Positions 16,205 through 25,416 are shown, numbered from the stretch's first letter. The stretch is 25,475 nucleotides of DNA from Oligoflexales bacterium (GCA_045105515.1 JBGCDR010000143.1:1-25475); one strand, 5' to 3'. Notes: a model not told the origin generated them from the letters alone. A program made the numbers and translations.

Positions 16205-16507
16205 CTACTTAGCCACGCAACTACCACACCCACTTTTCTTTTTGTCGAAGGAGACCAGCTCCCATGTTCCAAATTCATCATTGACGGTCTCTAATGCCTC
16301 TTCTAAAAAGCGATATTCAACTGAAAATAACTCTTTAAGTAATTTTGTTTCAACACAGTACGCATTATAATAATAGCGCTCTTCGCAAGGATCGTACACC
16401 AAACTCACCCCAGCTTGTCGATCTTGGAAGCGCAAAAAGTCAGATTCGTAGTTTTCCTCGGTAAGCTGCCATTGAGTTTTTCGTTGTTCGGCAATCATTT
16501 TCATCAT
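16205..16507 (-). CDS. Small acidic hypothetical protein with C-terminal GCGSC motif
   Basis: AAGGGAG upstream of ATG; 100 aa; ends KKKSGCGSCVAK. Confidence 0.75.
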   Translation of the reverse strand: MMKMIAEQRKTQWQLTEENYESDFLRFQDRQAGVSLVYDPCEERYYYNAYCVETKLLKELFSVEYRFLEEALETVNDEFGTWELVSFDKKKSGCGSCVAK

Positions 16508-16612
16508 TTTCTCCCTTATAGAATATACTCATCTCCGTAAATGTTGAGTAAGCAGAGTCATTCTTAAAATCACTTGGAAAGGATTAACAGACTAGGGTCG
16601 GAGCCAAGCTGA

Positions 16613-17245
16613 TTAAAACTTATAGATTTTTATTTCCTGGCTTGATAAGGGCAGATCACTTGTAATAAGTTCGGCCAATACCTGAGGGTAAAGCTTACAC
16701 TCTGCGGCAAAGACTCGCTGAGCCAACATTTGAGCGTCGTCATCACCATAAACTGGTACCTTAACCTGGGCGATGACCTGGCCCTGATCGTACTGAGAAT
16801 CCACGAAGTGAATGCTAGCGCCAGATTCAAGCTCTCCATTATCAAGCACGGCCTGATGAACCCGGTTTCCATACATGCCTCTGCCACCAAACTTGGGAAG
16901 CAACGAAGGATGTATATTTATAATCCGATTCCCCCAATCCATACCCATAAATGTTACCGGGAAAACCTTAAGAAAACCAGCCAAGACAATCCATCGCGGA
17001 CTCATATCAGCAAGCCAAGCTTTTAGGTCAGAGGAAGGAAGAAGAGAGCTATCGAAAGAATCCACAAAAACAGATAGGTCTGCATCCCGAGCTACTTTCA
17101 CTGCTTTGCATTTAGCACTAGAGCTAATAAGACCAACCACCTCGAAATTGTGATAGCTTTCTTGGGCCTTAATTAAATTTTCTAGGCTCCGACCAGACCC
17201 AGAAGCTGCCACAACGATTCTCGCAGGCTCAGAACCTTGGCTCAT
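16613..17245 (-). CDS. purN: Phosphoribosylglycinamide formyltransferase
   Basis: ASGSGRSL, VLAGFLK, IINIHPSLLPKFGG.GMYG..VHQAV, SGASIHFV...YDQG, RVFAAECKLYP. ATG 17245 is best spaced from the AAGGGGG SD. Confidence 0.93.
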   Translation of the reverse strand: MSQGSEPARIVVAASGSGRSLENLIKAQESYHNFEVVGLISSSAKCKAVKVARDADLSVFVDSFDSSLLPSSDLKAWLADMSPRWIVLAGFLKVFPVTFMGMDWGNRIINIHPSLLPKFGGRGMYGNRVHQAVLDNGELESGASIHFVDSQYDQGQVIAQVKVPVYGDDDAQMLAQRVFAAECKLYPQVLAELITSDLPLSSQEIKIYKF

Positions 17246-17261
17246 CACCACCCCCTTTTAT

Positions 17262-18215
17262 TTAAGACTTAAAGAACTTACTGCAGTGCCCATTCCAGAA
17301 GCTCTGCGCGCTACAGCTTTTGGACCCCGAAGCCTTCAATTTGCGTAGACCAAGATACCCATCACTAGTTTTTATTAGGATAAGTTCCCTATTTTTATCA
17401 TAAAAACAAGATCCGTTTAGCTCCCCTTTTGTGGGGACTTGTTTCAAAGACACAGGGAGCAATTCTTCTATCAACACTCGTTTGCCAGCAAGATAGGAAT
17501 AAGAGCCGGGCCATGGAAAAAAAGCGCGATACCGATTATAGATCTCTTCCGCTGAAGCATTCCAGTCAATAAAACCCTGGTTTTTATATATCTTGCGACA
17601 GTGAACAACCTTGGCTTCATCTTGTTCTACTCCTTTAAAGTTCGAATCTTTAAGCTTCTCCAAAGCTTCCAAGAGTAAGGGCCCTGACTCCAGGAAAAGC
17701 CTGTCCGTCAATCTTTCCGCCGTTTCATCAGCCCCAATAGGAAAGTCCTTTTGAAGGATAATATTACCTGCATCCAATGCCTTAACCGTGAAGAGAATAG
17801 AGACTGCGGTATCCTTTTCACCAGCCAGAAGTGCGGCAGGTATCGGTGTTGCACCCCGGTAAAATGGCAAGCGGGATGGATGGATATTAATGGTTCCCCG
17901 CTTTGGTATTTTTAGAAATTCCTGGTTCAAGATCTGCCCATAAGCACAAGTCACAATAAGGTCGGGAGCCCATTTTTTGAGTTCCTCAAGAAATTCTGAA
18001 TCACTGGCCTTATGTGGCTGCAGAACTGTTAAACCTTTTTCCTTAGCATATTTAGCAACTGGTGGATCTTGAGGGGCCTTTTTTCTGCCCCTCCCCACAA
18101 GCTTTGCAGCTTGGCTTACCACCCCTAAAAGTTTGTTTCCATCACCTAGATGCTCAAGCAGGTATGCTAAGGGCTTGACAGCACTCGTGGGAGAACCCAT
18201 GTACACTATTTGCAT
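17262..18215 (-). CDS. fmt: Methionyl-tRNA formyltransferase
   Basis: IVYMGSP, GRG, PPV, PDLIVTCAYGQIL, INIHPSRLP.YRGATPI, LDAG, IDW..SA....R.RA..PWPG. Confidence 0.93.
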   Translation of the reverse strand: MQIVYMGSPTSAVKPLAYLLEHLGDGNKLLGVVSQAAKLVGRGRKKAPQDPPVAKYAKEKGLTVLQPHKASDSEFLEELKKWAPDLIVTCAYGQILNQEFLKIPKRGTINIHPSRLPFYRGATPIPAALLAGEKDTAVSILFTVKALDAGNIILQKDFPIGADETAERLTDRLFLESGPLLLEALEKLKDSNFKGVEQDEAKVVHCRKIYKNQGFIDWNASAEEIYNRYRAFFPWPGSYSYLAGKRVLIEELLPVSLKQVPTKGELNGSCFYDKNRELILIKTSDGYLGLRKLKASGSKSCSAQSFWNGHCSKFFKS

Positions 18216-18417
18216 GATTCACTTCACCTTAAAATTCTTTCAACTTCAAGCCACACAATATATGTCAATTTTGGGCAAGAACAAACCATTTAGATATAAA
18301 AGAGAGGTTTCTTGAGATTTAATCATGTAATTATAAGAAGTTAAAAATTAATATGGATTTGGAGCAATGTTAGACCGATGAGGGTCAGGAAAATCAACTA
18401 TCTTGTGAGTAAAGTTA

Positions 18418-20160
18418 ATGGGATTAAGCTCTTACCGAATTGCCTCAAAGTTTTTCTTGATCGCAGCTCTGTTTACACTAGAAGCTTGTCTTAAACGGCA
18501 GGTTGAAAGCCCACTAAGACAGAGTCAAGGGCAAAACCAAAGCCTTCAGCAGATCAAGCCTCTTAGCAAACTCGAACCAGTAAAAGGCGCTAGACTCAAA
18601 ACAGATTCATTAGACTTGGGCACAATTTATGCTGGAACTCATGGATCTTTGAATCTCACTACCTCACCAGATCCTGATGCTGACTACCTTGAATATACTA
18701 TATGTCAGGTAGAAACTGGTACTTGCGAGCCAGGTCCCGATGCACCAGGAGTGATGACAAGCCTTTCTTATAGTATTCCTAAGACTACAACGGGACTAAT
18801 AGAAGTATCTGTAAGGTCCTGTGCCAGGGCTAACAAAACCATAGAGCGTAAAGATACCTGTGGTCCATGGATCACGAAAAAATACCTACGGTCACCAAAC
18901 GAATATTCGGATATTTCTAATCTATTGATTCAATTCCAGAAGCAGGAAGAAATCATCCGTCAAGAATGCAAGAAAATTCATAACAATATCGAGGCTTATT
19001 TTGAAGAAAACGAAACTGACCTTACAAACAGCCAATCGGTAAAATCTCAACAGTTCTTTGACCTGTTACGCAATAATTTAGTGGTAGGTGAAGATCGTTG
19101 TACCGAATTGCATTTGAATAATATGCTTGGGCTTGTTGAAAGTGATTTCAGCGATAGCAACCCAGCAGAAGCACAAAATACGTCGTTAAAACTAACAGAA
19201 GAAAAACAAAGAAACGTTGGTGCGGCACTAATATTAACAGTTGGATCCCTTGCCTTCATGCATCAAAGCTATGAACTTGGAAGTAAATTGCTAACCCTAA
19301 AAAAATTAAATAGTGAGATTGAAAGAATCTCTACAGATTATACAAAAACCTTAAGCTCTATTCAAAGTGGTGTGAGCTTCTCTAGCATCAGGCGCACAGA
19401 TCTTAATGAAGTGTTTGAAAGTCATTCTCGCCTTGAAAGAGAAATAGAGGCAGTTCTTGAGCAGTTGCAGAAAAGTGAAACTGGTAAGAAACTGAATAAA
19501 AAACTTATTGATACTTATCCAAAAACTTGGGATCAAGATTTTTTTAGATCGATTATGCTAGAGCCAAAACCCGATACTCTCTACAATAAAGGTCTTGAAA
19601 CAGATCCTTTTAACAATGGTCTACCGGAATTAGAAGAATTTCGTACTTTATTTGGAAATAAAATAGATAGCACCCGTGCTAGAATCCAAGAAATGACTGT
19701 TTTACAGAAAGAATATTCCGCAAAAGCCAGTAGATTTTTTGATGGCACCGACGTAAGAGATGATTTTAGAGCCACACTTTTAACAGATTTGAGCAAACAT
19801 TCAGAAAACATTAAAAAAATAGATAACTCCTTTTACCAAGAAGTTGCAGAACGAACTAATCGAGATATTAGTGAGCTTAGAAGAGAATTTGATGGAGCAA
19901 ATAAGATTGATAATCAATTAATTAGCAAGAAAACCCAAAGACAGAAAATCAAAGATGTTGGCTTTAGACCGGGAATTACAAGAGCAATAATTGGGGCCTT
20001 GGTAGCTGGGATAGCATATTCGAGCCTTAATCTGAGTCAAAATACAAAAACCAGCCCTCAGCTTCTAGAAAAACTCGATGACAGTTATGAGCTCATCAGC
20101 AACTCAATAAGAATTCGCAACCAAATTACCAATTCTATTGAGAAAGAATCAAGCCCGTGA
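18418..20160 (+). CDS. Putative lipoprotein: Cys-paired Fn3/Ig-like N-domain, two hydrophobic segments flanking a long helical region
   Basis: Lipobox-like LEA|C24; Cys at 96/103/135/148/184/228; EVSVRSC...CGPW; hydrophobic VGAALILTVGSLAFM (267-281) and AIIGALVAGIAYSSL (523-537). Confidence 0.75.
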   Translation: MGLSSYRIASKFFLIAALFTLEACLKRQVESPLRQSQGQNQSLQQIKPLSKLEPVKGARLKTDSLDLGTIYAGTHGSLNLTTSPDPDADYLEYTICQVETGTCEPGPDAPGVMTSLSYSIPKTTTGLIEVSVRSCARANKTIERKDTCGPWITKKYLRSPNEYSDISNLLIQFQKQEEIIRQECKKIHNNIEAYFEENETDLTNSQSVKSQQFFDLLRNNLVVGEDRCTELHLNNMLGLVESDFSDSNPAEAQNTSLKLTEEKQRNVGAALILTVGSLAFMHQSYELGSKLLTLKKLNSEIERISTDYTKTLSSIQSGVSFSSIRRTDLNEVFESHSRLEREIEAVLEQLQKSETGKKLNKKLIDTYPKTWDQDFFRSIMLEPKPDTLYNKGLETDPFNNGLPELEEFRTLFGNKIDSTRARIQEMTVLQKEYSAKASRFFDGTDVRDDFRATLLTDLSKHSENIKKIDNSFYQEVAERTNRDISELRREFDGANKIDNQLISKKTQRQKIKDVGFRPGITRAIIGALVAGIAYSSLNLSQNTKTSPQLLEKLDDSYELISNSIRIRNQITNSIEKESSP

Positions 20161-20168
20161 TTTTTCTC

Positions 20169-20196
20169 TAAATTTCCCATGCTTTTTTGCCGAAAA
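20169..20196 (+). promoter_or_regulatory. Putative sigma28/FliA-type promoter for the metalloprotease gene
   Basis: TAAA (20169-20172)-N16-GCCGAAAA (20189-20196), 100 nt upstream of the start codon. Confidence 0.5.
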
Positions 20197-20199
20197 CTT

Positions 20200-20260
20200 A
20201 AGAGTGGAACTGAAACTGAAGGTGCGGAGGTCTGACTCTCCGGTACTTCTTTCAACTCTT
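20200..20260 (+). other. Long imperfect stem-loop in the presumed 5' leader
   Basis: Nested pairings AAGAGT/ACTCTT, TGAAA/TTTCA, GAAG(G)TGC/GTACTTC, GGAG/CTCC around a GTCTGAC apex. Confidence 0.55.
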
Positions 20261-20295
20261 CATATTATCAATGACTTACCTTTTTAGGAGGGGCT

Positions 20296-22233
20296 TTGAG
20301 AAGCTTAATGCTGGGACTGATACTAGCCGTTTCGAGCACTCTCTTTGCTCCAGCATATGGTATTAGTTTACTCGATTCAATCAGCACCCTTCCTTATTCA
20401 GAGCACAAAAGCTTACGTGTTTTTACCCATCCTAATAACAGTAACAGAATCCAAGAGAACACTCTTTATCAAGGCTTGTACTTACAAAGCGATCCGACCG
20501 AAACTATCAAAAACTACCTACATAAGATTGGCCTGGATACAAGCTTTCAACTTCACTTAGAAAAAAAATATCGTTCCTATCATGATGGTCATCAAATTTA
20601 CCAATTTACTTTCAAGAATGGTGATATTCCTATCTGTGAACATCAGATAAAAGCTCATATTTATGATAGCACTCTGCCAACCATCACTGGCACCTTACCC
20701 TTGTCCAAGCCTGATAGAGATAGCTATCACTCTTCTATGTGGTTGCCTATTTCTGAAGTCTTCACCATTAGCAAAAGTTCCTCAGAAATTTTTAACAATC
20801 CCGATCTAGTCAAGCTCACCCATTCGAGCAAATGCCTCTACCAATTCGCTGGAAATTTGGTACCGGTATGGAAAATACTAGTTAACTATATGGGACTAAA
20901 CTACGCAATTTTTCGTGATGCTGACGAAATTTATAAATTGGATAAGAGGTTTTATCAAGTATCAGGAACCACTCAATCATACCAAGTTAATTCCATTGAT
21001 TCGTCGGGGCTAGTGACAGAGACCTTTGAGTTTGTTGGCGATACCTTTTTAACTTCTGACAAAGTTACTACCAAACCAAATGGTGTCGATCGGATTAGCT
21101 CAGATCAGTATAATTTTGTGGTAGAACCTGAGAATGAAAATTTCCCGGAAGTTAATGTTTTTGCACAAGTCTCCCGGATGATCGCATGGTTTGAAGAAAA
21201 TGGATTTAAATGGATCGAAGGAGAGTTATTAACTGTCAAGATTCATGAGTCTATTCCCGGCAAGAATGAAGATGATCCTCCTAACCCTAACAACGCGCTT
21301 TACTTACCTGCAGAATATGTAGATCCTGATGACCCTAGCATCACTGCAGATGTTCCCAGCATCACACTTGGAGATGGAGATGGAGTTCACCTAACTAATC
21401 TAGCACTCGACGCAGATGTCTCTGGTCATGAGCTTGGCCATCATATCGTCTTTCAATCAGTGAAATCAACGCAACAACTGGAGGTAGAAGACGGGAGCGA
21501 GGAATTGACCGATCATTCTGGAGCAATCCATGAAGGTCTTGCAGACTTCTTTATTTTCGCAAAAAGCGGGAATACTTGCTTAGGGGAGTCCATTTGCCCA
21601 GGTTCAGGATCAATTTGTTCGCAACAAGGACAATGCTTACGAAATGCAGATAATGACTTAAAATATGGTAGCGAAGAATACTGGAATATTACGAACGATT
21701 TGTATCACCTAAAGGGACAATTGGTGTCAGGTTTATTATGGGATATTAGGACTGACCCAAGTGTTACCGGTCCCGACTTTGATAGTTTAGTAATTAAAGC
21801 GATTGAGTTTTTGGATGCTAGGAGTACTTACAGCAACCTGCTGCTTGCACTTGTTGCCTCTGACCATCACTTCTACCAGGGTAAATTCGGATGCACCATC
21901 GTTGATAAGGCCAAGGCTAGAGGCTTTGAGCAAGTGATTAATGAAATCATTCCAGACTGTTTAAACTTTGTTCCTAATGAGGACTATGAAGTCACAGAGA
22001 AACCAAGCTCTCCTGGAGGAGGTGACACCACAAATGCAGAAGGAAGCCCTAATCCTGTGGTTGAATTTAAAAAGCCAGAAAAAAGAGCTAAACCTGAAGC
22101 TAAAGACCTCTGCGGTACCATAGCTGCTACTGGGGCCCTACAAAATAATACTATTACTCACTTTCTGTTCATTTTCCTTTTTATAATCCCCTTAATTATT
22201 GCACAATCTCTCCAGAGAATGTTTAGAAACTAA
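20296..22233 (+). CDS. Secreted thermolysin/fungalysin-like (M4/M36-type gluzincin) zinc metalloprotease with C-terminal Cys-TM sorting tail
   Basis: AGGAGG SD plus TTG; signal peptide; FTP/PepSY-like propeptide (YQF...PI...IKAH; LVPVWKI); NNALY; LGDGDG; DADVSGHELGH (H378/H382); GAIHEGLADFF (E413); H..GQLVSGLLWD; Pro/Gly linker, then CGTI + TM helix + basic tail. Confidence 0.88.
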   Translation: MRSLMLGLILAVSSTLFAPAYGISLLDSISTLPYSEHKSLRVFTHPNNSNRIQENTLYQGLYLQSDPTETIKNYLHKIGLDTSFQLHLEKKYRSYHDGHQIYQFTFKNGDIPICEHQIKAHIYDSTLPTITGTLPLSKPDRDSYHSSMWLPISEVFTISKSSSEIFNNPDLVKLTHSSKCLYQFAGNLVPVWKILVNYMGLNYAIFRDADEIYKLDKRFYQVSGTTQSYQVNSIDSSGLVTETFEFVGDTFLTSDKVTTKPNGVDRISSDQYNFVVEPENENFPEVNVFAQVSRMIAWFEENGFKWIEGELLTVKIHESIPGKNEDDPPNPNNALYLPAEYVDPDDPSITADVPSITLGDGDGVHLTNLALDADVSGHELGHHIVFQSVKSTQQLEVEDGSEELTDHSGAIHEGLADFFIFAKSGNTCLGESICPGSGSICSQQGQCLRNADNDLKYGSEEYWNITNDLYHLKGQLVSGLLWDIRTDPSVTGPDFDSLVIKAIEFLDARSTYSNLLLALVASDHHFYQGKFGCTIVDKAKARGFEQVINEIIPDCLNFVPNEDYEVTEKPSSPGGGDTTNAEGSPNPVVEFKKPEKRAKPEAKDLCGTIAATGALQNNTITHFLFIFLFIIPLIIAQSLQRMFRN

Positions 22234-22260
22234 CCCTTACCAATCCAGAGGTATAGTGAG

Positions 22261-23802
22261 ATGCAAGGCAATTATTTATTGTCCATCGACCAAGGGACAA
22301 CAGGTACAACTGTATTAATTTTAGATCCACAAAAATTGGGAAAAGAGCTTGTCTGCGCACGGGCCACCATTGATTTTGAGCAGTATTACCCACAAGCTGG
22401 TTGGGTAGAACATAGCCTCGACGAGATTTGGGCTTCCGTGCAAAAAGCTGCTAGCCGTGTATTGGCTATGGCTTGCCAGGAAGACCCCGACTTCCATCCA
22501 AATAAAATTGCTGCAATCGGAATCACCAATCAGAGAGAAACTCTTTGCTTCTTTGACCGAAAAAGTGGAAAAGCTTTGCGCAAAGCAATTGTCTGGCAAT
22601 GTAAGCGTAGCACCGAAATCTGTGAACAGATCAAGCGAAGTGGCCAGCAGTCTCTTTTGAGAGACAAAACTGGCTTGTTGGCAGACCCCTACTTTAGTGG
22701 CTCAAAGTTACGCTGGGTCTGCGAAAACGAACCGACTATTAAAAACAAACTAGGATCAGGAGAAGGCATTTGTGGAACTATCGATACCTACTTAATACAT
22801 CGTCTAACTCAAGGAGATAGTTTTGTTACTGAAGCGAGTAACGCTAGTCGTACCCTTCTCTATAACATTCACTCTGGTAGCTGGGACCAAGATCTTTTAG
22901 AGCTTTTTTCAGTCCCATCCAAAGAGTGCTTAGCTGAGATTAAAGATAGTGCTTGCTTGCTGGGAAAAACTAAAGGTACCGGGTTTCTTCCTGATGGGAT
23001 TCCCATTACTAGTGCACTTGGTGACCAGCAGGCTGCATTAGCCGGACAGACTTGTTTTGAGCAAGGAGAAGCAAAATGCACCTATGGAACAGGAGCATTC
23101 CTCCTTCTGCAACTGGGAAAAAACCCAATCCCTTCACAAAATAACTTACTCACCACAGTAAGTTGGTCGCTGGATGGTTGTTTATCCTATGCATTTGAAG
23201 GTTCTGCTTTTATTGCAGGTGCGGCTGTTCAGTACCTACGAGATAATCTATCTCTCTTAGAGCAGTCAGCAGATGCCGAATTCCTAGCAAGTGATGTTCT
23301 CGGAGCTCCAGAAGTATACTTTGTTCCCGCACTGGCAGGACTGGGTGCTCCTTGGTGGAACCCTAATGCTCGCGGAGCTTTTTTTGGTATAACTCGCGGA
23401 ACTAATAAAAATCAGTTGGTTAGAGCAGCATTAGAAGGTATGGCTTTTCAGGTTTGTGACTTACTAGATGCTATGATCAAAGATAGTGAGCATGGGCTCA
23501 AGGTTCTGCGAGTGGATGGAGGAGCAAGTGCTAACAACCTACTTATGCAAGTCCAAGCAAATCTTGGTAATATTGTAGTAGAACGTCCGCGTAACCTTGA
23601 GACCACAGCTTTGGGAGCTGCTTTTTTTGCTGCACTTGGAGTTGGGATTTACTCAAGTTTAGATGATTTAAAAAAGTTAAGAACTGTAGACAGTGTCTAC
23701 AACCCAGTTATCAATGCTCAAGAAGAGCAGTTTAGAAAAGAACAATTAGCAGGCTGGAAACGTGCTATTAAAGCTGTAGAAGTTTTTGCTGAGCATAAGT
23801 AA
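22261..23802 (+). CDS. glpK: Glycerol kinase
   Basis: SIDQGTTGT, YPQAGWVEH, IGITNQRET, AIVWQC.R, DPYFSG.K, SNASRTLLYNI, GDQQAAL.GQ, AKCTYGTGAF, LRVDGGAS.N, ETTALGAA. Confidence 0.96.
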   Translation: MQGNYLLSIDQGTTGTTVLILDPQKLGKELVCARATIDFEQYYPQAGWVEHSLDEIWASVQKAASRVLAMACQEDPDFHPNKIAAIGITNQRETLCFFDRKSGKALRKAIVWQCKRSTEICEQIKRSGQQSLLRDKTGLLADPYFSGSKLRWVCENEPTIKNKLGSGEGICGTIDTYLIHRLTQGDSFVTEASNASRTLLYNIHSGSWDQDLLELFSVPSKECLAEIKDSACLLGKTKGTGFLPDGIPITSALGDQQAALAGQTCFEQGEAKCTYGTGAFLLLQLGKNPIPSQNNLLTTVSWSLDGCLSYAFEGSAFIAGAAVQYLRDNLSLLEQSADAEFLASDVLGAPEVYFVPALAGLGAPWWNPNARGAFFGITRGTNKNQLVRAALEGMAFQVCDLLDAMIKDSEHGLKVLRVDGGASANNLLMQVQANLGNIVVERPRNLETTALGAAFFAALGVGIYSSLDDLKKLRTVDSVYNPVINAQEEQFRKEQLAGWKRAIKAVEVFAEHK

Positions 23803-23824
23803 AAGGTAAATTTCTAACTGCCTA

Positions 23825-24514
23825 ATGAAATTTTTATTGGACCACATTATGAATACTTTAACAATTTTGTTATTGCATGGCATTTTATCGTTCCTTTGGA
23901 GTTTGCATCTAATAAAGAAATATACTGCTGTAAAGGATGTGTCTAAATTTTCATTGCAGTCTGTTAACATGCCATCTTTAGATGGCATCAACCCGCCCCT
24001 TACTTCTTTATTTGCTGCACCTTTATCTTTACTTTTAGTTTATAAATTCACGAACTACAATTTAATGGTACTTCCTAGTGATTCATTTATAGATAAACTA
24101 ACTCAGATAGCTGCTTTTAGTCTGATTCTATTTATCTGTTCTGGTATGCCTCATTCGATTAAAAAAAACGCTAAACAATTTGCAAAAGAATCCATTTTTT
24201 GTAACTTTTATAAATCTTCAATCGCTCTAGGTTTGCCTGCACAACACACCATACACAAATTCATTCTTATAAGAACGATGGCATGCTCATATCTAGAATG
24301 CTTAGGGATTTTATTCTGCGAGCTGTTTATCCTTGAACCAATTATGAACTTCCACGGATTAGCGAGCAAAATATGGATAAGTTATGAAAAACTCAAATGG
24401 GGTGATTTTTTTATTTATATTTTGGGCTTTTTAAGCTGCTTCCATATCTTCATGGCTTCCATAAAAATTGCTGACCATTGGTTAAAACAAAGGCTTGAAG
24501 GATATGATGTTTAA
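23825..24514 (+). CDS. Divergent DppB/OppB-like ABC transporter permease
   Basis: Multiple TM segments; EAA-loop-like FYKSSIALGL; ILEPIMNFHGLA resembles the E..F..PGLG motif; upstream of a DppC-like gene. Confidence 0.6.
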   Translation: MKFLLDHIMNTLTILLLHGILSFLWSLHLIKKYTAVKDVSKFSLQSVNMPSLDGINPPLTSLFAAPLSLLLVYKFTNYNLMVLPSDSFIDKLTQIAAFSLILFICSGMPHSIKKNAKQFAKESIFCNFYKSSIALGLPAQHTIHKFILIRTMACSYLECLGILFCELFILEPIMNFHGLASKIWISYEKLKWGDFFIYILGFLSCFHIFMASIKIADHWLKQRLEGYDV

Positions 24515-25346
24515 GGTACTTAATCAGAGTAAGCTATTTTTCCATACAAGTATTTTACTAGCATTTTCATTCATTGCTTTTCCTTGGTTCTTACTATTTA
24601 CAGATGAAGTTAATTTACTGCGTGGTAACCTTGCTCCCAATTTTAATCATTTCTTTGGTACAGATTCGCTTGGGCGAGATTTGTTATTACGTATAAGCCT
24701 TTGCATCTACACAAATCTAATTCCAGTTCTTCTAATTGTTGGATTGAGTCATTTAAGCTCTATGATCCTCTTTACTTTTCTTATAAATCGGAAGTCTGCT
24801 TCTTTGATTATTCGATTTTGTTCAAAAATATCTGCTATTTTTTATTCATTCCCACTACCTATCTTAGTCCTTCTAGGAGCAAGAGTTCTAAACCTTCATT
24901 CTGTGAGCACCATATGGCTAGTTTTTTTCATTTTCTTTTTTGCTAAAACATGGCTTTTGCTACAAAGTGCCTACACTCTTGATATGAATAAAACATATTG
25001 GAAGAATTATCTCTTAACAGGAGGTCGAAGGACTGAGCTTGTTATTCAATACGGGATATTTGATGGGTGGTTAAAGATGCTTATTTACAGTTTTTGCAAT
25101 CACTTTCAGCAAGGGATAATAATTGAGGCGATTTTTAGTTATCTTGGCTTTGGTATGGTAGAGCCATTACCCTCATTTGGTAATATGATCTCAGCTCACT
25201 TCGAGCAAATATTTAGTACAAGTGGCACTGCTCTCTTGATTATTACTTTGTGTTTATACGTTTGCTTAAGTGTTCCTAAATCACTTTTATACTTGGGGTC
25301 GCTTTGTAAAGTAATTAAAGTAATTTTTGGTAACACGGCAGCTTAG
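24504..25346 (+). CDS. DppC/OppC-like ABC transporter permease
   Basis: APNFNHFFGTDSLGRDLLLR, FP, IIIEAIFSYLGFG..EP.PSFGNMI. Start probably ATG 24504 or 24507 after AAGGA, overlapping the upstream stop. Confidence 0.78.
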   Translation: MMFKVLNQSKLFFHTSILLAFSFIAFPWFLLFTDEVNLLRGNLAPNFNHFFGTDSLGRDLLLRISLCIYTNLIPVLLIVGLSHLSSMILFTFLINRKSASLIIRFCSKISAIFYSFPLPILVLLGARVLNLHSVSTIWLVFFIFFFAKTWLLLQSAYTLDMNKTYWKNYLLTGGRRTELVIQYGIFDGWLKMLIYSFCNHFQQGIIIEAIFSYLGFGMVEPLPSFGNMISAHFEQIFSTSGTALLIITLCLYVCLSVPKSLLYLGSLCKVIKVIFGNTAA

Positions 25347-25416
25347 ATCAAGTTATTAGTAGCACTCGCTAGAGTTCCACCTGACTGCCTACGGCCTGAT
25401 GGTGAGATCATTGTTC

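Noticed and set aside
16204..16281. N-terminal 26 aa of the 357-aa ORF overlapping the upstream gene
   Set aside because: ATG 16203 removes the overlap and exposes a signal peptide, so the extension is probably not translated.
7893..24946. Numerous 60-111 aa ORFs overlapping or antisense to dprA, the helicases, lpxH, purN, fmt, glpK and others
   Set aside because: Shadow ORFs of well-supported genes with no motifs or convincing SD; treated as non-coding.
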